Source of the DNA: Haliotis rubra
Lineage: Eukaryota
Length of the DNA: 64,000 bases
Assembly (NCBI RefSeq): GCF_003918875.1
Contig: NW_025767408.1
Coordinates: 434,001 to 498,000 of the forward strand
Reading direction: 5' to 3'
In this document: positions 54,569 through 64,000 of the stretch, piece by piece
How positions within the stretch are numbered: position 1 is the stretch's first letter
How the letters are laid out: each line of letters opens with the position of its first letter
The notes under the pieces: model-generated
What the model saw: only the letters and a program-made list of their open reading frames with translations
The model's database searches: none
Told to the model about the DNA's origin: nothing
Position numbers and translations under genes: made by a program

Positions 54569-56109
54569 TTGCATTGAATGACGTTGGAGATTCAGACACT
54601 TTTGCACCGGATGAAGAATATTGAACATAACACCTCAACCGATTAACATAACATAAGACTATCTGGGAGCTAAGAAACTAAACCAAATACGAATGATTTG
54701 ACACATATTTCCAGGGTTTCACAATGACTAAGTACTGAACTTCAAGTTCTGAAATCTCCTTTCAAGTCCCACCCTCGGTTATCCAGCGTATTATATCACT
54801 ATTCCAGAATGATAAGAGCCCGGGACCCATTCTCCCAGACAACTTCGTTTCGAACTCAAATTAAACGACGATAAATAGGGTAAAAGTACACTCAATTTGG
54901 TGTCCTGTAATTTTCTATCCAGGTCTAGAGATGTGTCTACTGTCAGTGGCGGGTGAATGGGTGGTACTTGGGGAGGGTTCAGTTCATTTGGCACGACAAT
55001 TCAATATGGTTTTGAAGTTTTGGTGTCAAGCAAAACACTTGTGTGAAGTATTCATTAAAATAATTCTATTTTTCACCATACCTTTGCGTGGGACAAAACC
55101 AACATACCCTCGTGGGTCCATCTGAAAACGTTCATTGTATGTATTATGGGAACCTGACTGAACTACATGGTAATCTATAACTGATAACCACGAGAGCTGT
55201 GACACCACCCTTTGATTTACTGCTTGTGTTGTCAACGTTTCATTGGGAGTAAGACATGGCACTGGACTCGACTTGCGATTTCTTATGATTATGGAAATGT
55301 TATTGCCGCTTTTATTTAACGTTTGCCATGAGACTTCAGCAATGCTGTCTCCATACCCATCCCCTTTACAAATTCAGCTGGTACCCGCTATGGTTCGCGG
55401 GAATGTTTTCCTCACGTGTCGACTACCTATCTCAGCTGTGGACTTAAGAGATAACCTATCTGGCGGCTCTACTTTGCTGACATATTTGTAGGTCGTGGAC
55501 AGTTCCCAAGTATGTAAGATTCAATCAAATATACCCCTGCTTCAGTAATCGCTTTCCTTGTATCCAGGTTGGCGCATATCGAATAACATTGACCCCAGAT
55601 ACCGAGCCCTCAGGGACAATACAGACGGGTCTTATCTGCCCACGACGAGAGACGTCGCCATGAATTGATCAAATACCTGGCTTCAAGCAGCTCATGGCCA
55701 GATTTCTGTAATACCTTACGGTTGGAGGCTTGGAGTTTAACAGTGCTACGGGGAGGTGGAACAGGGTAAGGGGAGGGGTGGGGTGGGAGTGGGAGATGAA
55801 CAATAAAGATGGAATGAGGAAACATGTCATTTCGGTAAATCACATAATCCGGGAAAAAATGCTAATGAAAGAATAACATTGGTCACCCAGCTTTTTCTTG
55901 AAACGGAAATGTGTCATTTTGGATGAATCCGATTTCGCTTTAATTTATAAAGCAGACTTTCCAGTGAAGTAAAATGATGCCTCATCCACCTTTAGATGTC
56001 CTTTACAACATAAGAACATTAAACAGAAACATTAAACTTCCCAGGTCAATATTAACTGTTTTAGGCCGCTAATGGTTCGTTGTAATTGAGCAAGATGGTA
56101 ACTAAACAG

Positions 56110-56440
56110 GCAACTATCCCCATGTCCCCCCACCTCCCCCTGGAGAACTGGGACGTCTCCACCACCTGCCCAGAGACCCAGGGGTCAACAGTGGTGTTAG
56201 TGGTATCCCTGGTCAGCGCTTGCAGGTTACAGGTACATCACGTCCACTGGCCGGAATGCCACAGGGAATTCGACCAGTGACTACTGGTCATACACTGGAC
56301 ATGCTATCCTAACCACATGGTATGGACTGACGCGGTCACACACCTGACATGCTATATTGACCACAGCAGGTGGACTGGTGCGGCCATCTCTGGGATCGCA
56401 GATTCATGCCTGGATAGGAACCAAGGGTTCCCAGGGCCAC
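56110..56440 (+). pseudogene. Possible decayed coding fragment (Pro/Gly/Arg/Met-rich repeat protein)
   Basis: GC-rich island reading PPPPPGELGRLHHLPRDPG...GHTLDMLS*PHGMD*RGHTPDMLY*PQQVDWCGHLWDRRFMPG*. Confidence 0.3.
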
Positions 56441-56589
56441 CTTGTACATTGAAAGATTTCTTAATAGAAATAAAGTTAACGAAGAGCGATATTTGTCGCA
56501 AAACGAAATGGTTTCATGAGAAGTAAATTTGGAAAGGGGTTAATATACATCCCGTGGTGTAGTAAACTGATTTTCCTTGTGTGGTTTCC

Positions 56590-56659
56590 AATGTGAGGAT
56601 TCAAACATCTTCGGCGTGACGAGCGACCGCTTTAACCACGAGGCCACCTCACCGCCCCT
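56590..56659 (-). mobile_element. SINE family A head fragment
   Basis: CTTCGGCGTGACGAGCGACCGCTTTAACCAC...ACCGCCCC. Confidence 0.7.
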
Positions 56660-56704
56660 CCCTTTGAATAGTGAAGACTATACCAATACAGGGTGAGAAC
56701 ATGC

Positions 56705-57044
56705 CAGTCTAATGTCCCCAGCGTTACACGGTCCTTCAGTCTAATGTCCCCAGCGTTACACGGTCCTTCAGTCTAATGTCCCCAGCGTTACACGGTCCTT
56801 CAGTCTAATGTCCCCAGCGTTACACGGTCCTTCAGTCTAATGTCCCCAGCGTTACACGGTCCTTCAGTCTAATGTCCCCAGCGTTACACGGTCCTTCAGT
56901 CTAATGTCCCCAGCGTTACACGGTCCTTCAGTCTAATGTCCCCAGCGTTACACGGTCCTTCAGTCTAATGTCCCCAGCGTTACACGGTCCTTCAGTCTAA
57001 TGTCTCCAGCGTTACACGGTCCCTCCCCAGCGTTACACGGTCCT
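56705..57044. repeat. Minisatellite, 32-bp unit CAGTCTAATGTCCCCAGCGTTACACGGTCCTT, ~10 copies
   Basis: Direct reading; units almost identical. Confidence 0.95.
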
Positions 57045-59587
57045 AACAAATGGTATATTTCAATATTCTTGAATGTTGTGCTCTTCTTTAGTCCGTCTGG
57101 TGGACGATAAAACTCTCAATGCTCCGATTCCAGGACACATCTGGCAACAACTTCCAATTCTAAACTTGAGAGAAATTAAAGCTTGGGTAAACAGATGCTG
57201 GAGAAGACATTACCAGCTGATGGCGAACTGACAACGGGCTCCTCGCCATCAATGACGGAAACTCCACAACATTGGTTAAACCCCTTTATCCATCTCGAGG
57301 CATATATAAGACATTAAGTACAGACCAAACTGGCGCTGTCATTTAGACAAAAGATGCTAATCTCCACACGACGGAAAGGGACAGCTCAAAAGATAGCTTT
57401 AGCCAATGTCAACATACATATGGACGAGACGTGACCCTGTGAGGAGCTGTGGACGGTATCAGGTCTTTAGCCATGGGTACTATTGGCGTGAATCCGTGAG
57501 GTGACAACTGTATCAGGCTGTGGCAATCTGGGCGCCTGTCTATAGACAAAAAATGACACTTTCGTGGATCTGTGAATGATGAGATTTGGACATCTCTGTA
57601 CTGGGATCTGTCTGTAGACACAAGTAATACACAGCCGCCGCCAGAAAACCAGTCTAATAACTGCACGGGAAGTCGACTCAGTTGTATTGAGGCTCTACCA
57701 AAACAACTACCAATTGCATAAATGCGTTAAAAACGCAGACATTTATAACAAACCTCTAAAACTTTTTAAAATGTTTTACGCAGAATGGAATCAATTTTCG
57801 GCTACAATCATAAAGGAAAGTTTTGAAAAATCCACGATAACAGAAAGGTCCCAATTCTTTATATTGTTTACCCTTTAGAACACCTGCGGTCCAATATATG
57901 ATGTCATTACAGTATATAATATATTTGAACCATTGTATGTCGTTATGCATGGCCCAGAATGCTTTGTAAGTGTCCGTCAAAAGTTTCTCATTCTTGTTTA
58001 GCGTTACCGTATGTTGTTTTCACCCGAAAGATAGTCATAATATAGATCGTCTTTTGTCTATACCAATGAATTGTATTTTTCGTTGCAGAATCTTTTTTTA
58101 GAATTCAAATCACTCGGCACCAAACCAATATGCACACTCAACAAATAGTCATGGTGATCACCTGGATCATTTACAGACCTGTCCACCTTATAGCCTCAGA
58201 TGTTTGCCGACAACAGGTGAGAAAGTGTCTGGTTTTGTGTTTACCTCATCTGGTGGCATTGTTTAGCCCAGACAAAGAATTGAAATGCCTCACTATTTTG
58301 CTTCTGACCCAAACCTAAGACCTCGGGGCATTTTTTCCTTGGTTCATGTATTGAACACTCATTATGTCAAGAAGATGAGAAGGGTGTCAGCCAAGGTTGA
58401 CTCCTGTGCCCGCACTGATTAACTGTTGTTACGGATAAACTTTAAGAAGGCAGCTTACTGCATGTTTCAGACACAGGGAAGACGTTCTTATGTAAAAACT
58501 TTCTTACAAAATGGCGGGTGAGCTTCCGGCAAAGTTGACAAAGGCATAGTTTGGTTTGTCGATTTGAGGAGGGGGAACATAGGGGGACTCCTGGCATGCA
58601 AGGAATGCCAAGGACAGGGGTTACGGCAAATTAGCAAGCGCTAATTGCATGATGGAACATACAGCACACAGCAAGGCACATGCAACGTGACTTGAGCGCA
58701 TTTACTCAACGTGATGGCTGCGGGAGGTATTATTTTCACGCCCTCTGGAGGTGCATTTAACTTGACGAGGTGCTGATGGAATATTTATGCAATCCATTGG
58801 AAGGGTTAGCGACTCTCAAATCTTCGTGCAATGCTTAGTCGTTGAAACATGACAATCGCACATCATTTTAACAGTCCCTTTTCATTTTTTAAACACTATT
58901 ACGTCATCACCCATGCACTCTGGAGTAGAGACATTCTCAAATGTAAAACCACATATCATACAGTCTCTATGTAACTTTCGGCCAGAACGAAGCTTGCGAA
59001 AACTGCCCTTATGCAACTTGTTGAATTATCACTATTGAAACCCGACTACTTTGTATCTCATCTTATGGCTGGTCATGACAAGTTATCAACATCTCCCATC
59101 TGACGAAACACCACGAGTTATATCCAACAGTTTAATCTATACCTTCGTCGATTTCTGTCCTCTGTGGAGGCTTGAGATACTGGATTCACCATCTGTTAGC
59201 ACAAGATGTCACAAGCATGACGTTTTTGTCCCATTCATTTGCCTCTGACCGAGTGTTTAACAAACACGGTGGAAAACCAACACGTATTATCATTCATATC
59301 AGTAGTCTAGCCATAATCCACTGTTATATGAGTCGACTTGTGTTAGCTTTGTAAACAGCATTTACATACGTTGTTAGAACAAATCCTGTTTCGTGGTAAT
59401 CTGACGTGCGTCAAAAACGCAATAACTAAACATTCGGTGTTATATCTGACGCTGCTCAAGTTGCTTACGTTTCGGGTTTCTGCACAAATCAATGAACCAA
59501 ACTTGTGCCCTCATGCAACAAGCAACACAGGTATGACTAGGCGTATGCACTATACCCCTGTTTTTCTTTCCCGTCGCATTCAACAAT

Positions 59588-59745
59588 GCCCTAGCCATAT
59601 GACGCTGGTCTGTAAGTAATCGAGTCTGGACAATACAATCCTGTGATCAATATTGTAAGGGGCGATGGACACAGTCAGGGTACGGTGCATCGTAATCTCC
59701 CAAGACACCGATCCTGACCACCCTGTCCATTAAGTCGCCTTAAGG
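59588..59745 (-). mobile_element. Decayed SINE family B
   Basis: TAATCGAGTCTGGAC...CCTGACCACCC...AGTCGCCT remnants. Confidence 0.6.
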
Positions 59746-59814
59746 CCTCTATACCCACTGGGTGCAATACCTTGGACTCCTTACTTGGTTATTCTACTGG
59801 TGACACATTCCACA

Positions 59815-59970
59815 GTGAGTGAGTTGTTACGCCAATTTTAGCAACATTCCAGCAATATCACGGCGGGGGACACCAGGAATGGGCTTCACACATTGTATCC
59901 ATGTGGGGAATCGAACTCGTCTTCAGCGTGACGAGCGACGCTTTAACCACTAGGCTACCCCACCGACCCC
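59815..59970 (-). mobile_element. SINE family A
   Basis: Full length; imperfect TSD ATT(C/T)CA(C/T)AGTG. Confidence 0.87.
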
Positions 59971-60644
59971 TATTTCATAGTGCCATGGAGGATGAAGCAG
60001 CCTTGCATGTTGATATCAACCACCAGACCACAGCAGAAAACAGCCTGCGTTATAGGGTCCACTAAGGTGCAGAATTATAGAAAATGGACCCATTTCATAG
60101 CAGTCAGTCACCGTTTATAATCTCTGCACAGCTGTACAGCTGCTCTCAGCTGACGGATGATGCAAGTGAACGCAACCCCAATGAAGTGATGCAACGCCAA
60201 GACACTCGGTGATCGTGGGCTGAAGGATGGGACGAGTACACAACGTCAATGCCGGGTCAAACATCAACATATCACAATATAACATCAGCTCTTTACCAGT
60301 GTTTTGTTGGAGATGAACGAGTTTAAGTTTCAACTGATGGTTCGTTCTTCGGGTACAACAGTGATATTTCGTGTGATGAATATTCCTCGAAACGATCACA
60401 GCACCACGTGGGCATGCATACACAACGCTCACTGAACTATATGCAATATTCTGTTTGATGTTTATTGAAAACATGGGCTGTACAGGAAGACTGCATGCAT
60501 CAGGGTAGTGCTGTTTGCTGTTATGTCTACTCAGCAATATTCAGTAGAGTACCGCGGCCTGTATGGAATCGAACCCGGGCCAGGCACTAGAGTGATCGAT
60601 ATTGCCAGCAAATATGCCCGCCGTTTGGGTACAATTACACGCCA

Positions 60645-60960
60645 ATTAACCTGACCAATCAGAACACCCGATCAATCTGACCACCCCATCCATCAGATCA
60701 CCTGGCCGATCAGTACACCCGATCCATCAGCTAGACCACCCGATCAATCTGACCACCCCATCCATCAGACCACCTGGCCGATCAGTACACCCGATCCATC
60801 AGCTAGACCACCCGATCAATCTGACCACCCCATCCATGAGACCACCTGACCAATCTGTACACCCGATCCATCAGCTTGACCACCGGATCAATCTGACCAC
60901 CCGATCCACCCCATCAATCAGCCCACCCGATCCATTAGCTAGACCACCCGATCAATCAGG
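60645..60960. repeat. Complex minisatellite (16-20-bp subunits, ~70-bp higher-order unit) derived from a SINE B segment
   Basis: Repeated (CT)GACCACCCGATC(A/C)ATC inside SINE-B-like flanks (~60530-60975). Confidence 0.8.
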
Positions 60961-61841
60961 GCGCCTACGACGAGTTAAGGTTTGTAGGCTTGGTAACTCC
61001 GTGGTTGTCTTCTGACATAGGGTACTTACACGTGGAAAACAAAACACCAAGTGAAGCAGACCATTTCTTAAGTTATGACCAAATAGATATTTGAAAAACA
61101 TACCTGTACTCTACGAACCCTAATGATTCGTTTCCAGCCGATATTTGTTTTAATTACACGTAAACAGGTCTCACTTCCATGAACTGTTACATAACTTTTG
61201 ATTACTATTTCAGAGTTCAAGGTAAATCTTGGCATAACTTCTTTATTGCCGAAATGAGCTAGTTCAGCTCGGCGTCAGCTTGAAGCTGGCAGTCATGTCC
61301 TAGATGACACACGTCACGCTACTTGAACTAGCTGCAACACCACAGCATAAAGCGAAATACGACCTCCATGACAATGCAAACGAGAGACGGGCGTGGTCAC
61401 CCTACACTTTTTGCGAAAAATAAATCATAAACGTTGACTGACAAGTGAACTGAAATGGAATTCTGATATGCTAATGGTGTATAAAACTTGAATGTGTATC
61501 GAAATCAATAGCACATATGAGCATTCACCTAGATATGAACGAGTTATTGATTCGGACGGGAGTTTTAGTATGTGTGAGATATGGACTATATGGTTGAAAT
61601 TCGGTCAGGGAAGTAGGTGCAATGTATCGATGCATGCAGGCCACACCTGGTGACAATAACACATGTCAGTATGTATGGGAGTTTAATGATGTAGTCAGAG
61701 ACATTGCACATCACATAACTGTGACCTGTGAGAAATCGACTTGACCAACAAACACGTGACCATTTGTGTGAGCAGCGACCCGCTGAAGACGATGACAGAC
61801 CGGATGTAGTCACTGCTGATGTATGCGTGGTATACCACAGG

Positions 61842-61974
61842 AGCGAGTGAGTATGATTTTACGCCGCTTTACCAATATTCCAGCGATATCACGGCGGGGG
61901 ACACCAGAAATAGGCTTCACACATTGCACCCATGTGGGGAATCGAACCCGGGTCTATGCTGCCCCACCGCCCCT
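61842..61974 (-). mobile_element. SINE family A with internal deletion
   Basis: TSD TAT(A/G)CCACAGGAGC. Confidence 0.84.
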
Positions 61975-62406
61975 TATGCCACAGGAGCTAGCAGTATTAC
62001 AGAATGTATGGTGGTCTGTATATGGTGAAATTATGAATCAGTGAGGAAACCAGTGATCGATGTTACCGAACATCATCCACGTTTACAGGGAACGATGGCA
62101 TGAAGCAACCCAGTAACTGAACCTGGCCACACGCCCCTGTTCAGTTATGAACAGGCAGGGTTGATGAATTCATCCACGTTTACAGGGAACGATGGTTGAT
62201 CTTCCCAGTAACAGCAGGCCACACACTCGTTTCAGTCGCACTGCAATTTCTCGGGAGTGAGTTGATCTTCAGAGAGGTCCGCATCATCAACAAGCGTGGG
62301 GTACCGGTCATCCAACTTGGGCCCGACGAGTTGCCCCACCTATTTTATCCCCGGCAATACATACTGATCAACTTTGAAAAATGAATATGCTCTTTCAAAG
62401 CAATAA

Positions 62407-62595
62407 TTATCATAAGAGGCGACAAACGGGATCAGGTGGTCAGGCTCGCTGACTTGATTGACACATGTCATCGTATCCCAATTGCGTAGATCCATGCTCA
62501 CTGGATTGTCTGGTCAAGACTCGATTATTTAACAGACCGTCTCCATACAGCTGGAATATTGCTGGGTGCGGCGTAAAACTAAACTCACTCACTCC
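62407..62595 (+). mobile_element. SINE family B, 5'-truncated
   Basis: Starts at the TAAGAGGCGAC core; (CACT)n tail; TSD AAGCAATAA. Confidence 0.84.
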
Positions 62596-64000
62596 AAGCA
62601 ATAACCATTTAAAGGCAAGGGACATCAGAAATGGACGTGTGCCCACGAGAGGAATCGGAAACAGGTATTTGACGTAACGGCCGAACAATTTAAGCCACTA
62701 TCAACAATCAAAACATTTTTCCAAAGTACATGTATTCTAAAATGAGCTAAAAATCAAATGCAACCAAACAAAAGGAATGTACTTCTTGTTGCCCTGGAAC
62801 CTATCAGTTCTTTAACACTGACCATGTACTGTCGCAAAACACAATACGTAAGAATGCAGGATGTATTCTATTTCTGAAGGTGCAGATGAAAGGAATAGCC
62901 GACATTCCCCCTCGAAACACTTCCTGGTGTCGATTGTTGTGCAACGCCATATATTGAGTAACATGTAAGGAAAACAGAGCAATTTGTGAAACGTTTTTTC
63001 TACATTATCAAATGTGTCGAGTATCGCTTCAGCTAAATTACCGTCACCCTGTCTCCGACCAATTGAGTTTTACTGTTGTAATATATTTCAGGTACGGAAG
63101 TATCCGCGTCGTGAACGTCACCACCACCAACTATATGCGACATCACCCAACGCCTGGAGATACTCGGACTTCTATTTGGTGCAGGGTTTTTTCCTATAAG
63201 GAAGACCGCTGTTTATTGCCTATTGTAAATTCAGTGATACTGTCCAAATATTTGCAATGAAGTATTACCGATGCAGGGTGCATGCTGGATTAAATAACCA
63301 TTCTTTTTGTGTACCCAATGACTTTGGAAAATAGTAGACGTATCACGTACCTTTTTCTCACGAAGAGCACTGTTCAGTAACTAACTTGCCTCTACGTGTC
63401 ACAAAACATTTGTATATTTCCTTCTGTCCTTTGTCGAAATAGATTAAGACAAATGTCCCTAAATTTAAAAAGTTTTAAAGACATCTAAAGCCTGCTTAAT
63501 GTATATATAACCATCACCCTGTCTCCGACCAGTATATTTCGCAAGTCAATAAGAGCAGTGCGAGTCCTGCGATAGATAGATATTTATATGTCTTGACACA
63601 ACCGCTGACATGTTCAATATTGATCAACCGAGCAACTGATGCCTAAATTAGGGCATGTTGACACACATTCATCATCCATAACACCTATCTGAATGAGACA
63701 CGTCCCTGTACAATGTAGAGTTGTGTGAAATGAACCACCCTCAGAGGTTCATGACACTGCTACACGTGCAGCTTATCCGTAATACTATTGTTGTAGTGTA
63801 TGTTCTAAAGATGTAGTTTACCAGAGGTGAGAAAAACACATGGATACATGTCTGCTGAGCCCGAACAACCAACATCACATCTAAGTTATTTTGCTTATCA
63901 AACTTAATCACAAAATACGACTTTTAAAATTTCTGAAAAATTTCAAAATAAACATAGGAAGGTTCGACAAGAATCTTTATGGTAGTGGCGGTTACACGGT

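Noticed and set aside
60115-60537. 140-aa minus-strand ORF and other short ORFs in 38-64 kb
   Set aside because: No domain motifs, mostly non-ATG starts, partly overlapping repeats; no transposase or reverse-transcriptase motifs recognised.

Overview
Eukaryotic (animal) genomic DNA, AT-rich. The repeat families point to a mollusc, probably an abalone-like gastropod (inference). Three spliced genes can be reconstructed by hand. (1) The first coding exon of BABAM1/MERIT40 on the minus strand, running off the left edge. (2) A complete 10-coding-exon membralin/TMEM259 gene on the plus strand (2161-10074, 839 aa), head-to-head with BABAM1. (3) Seven frame-consistent exons of a hillarin/LTD-1/KY-like coiled-coil + transglutaminase-like gene on the minus strand (32661-18005, 854 aa in window; 5' end unresolved), tail-to-tail with membralin. 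Its catalytic triad appears fully substituted. About 37.8-64 kb has no recognisable gene and appears CpG-richer. Repeats include two SINE families with a shared 3' tail (many with TSDs), MITEs of several superfamilies including nested-hairpin PIF/Harbinger-like elements, and about ten minisatellites. The most unusual signals are: minisatellites that are amplified 3' splice-site elements abutting hillarin exons; a 32-bp templated insertion in a SINE copied from 5.6 kb away; arm co-variation in hairpin MITEs; a minisatellite born inside a SINE; and a CpG-decayed Pro/Arg/Met-rich pseudogene-like fragment. No prokaryote-type system (CRISPR, operon) is present, and no new multi-gene system can be claimed from the sequence alone.
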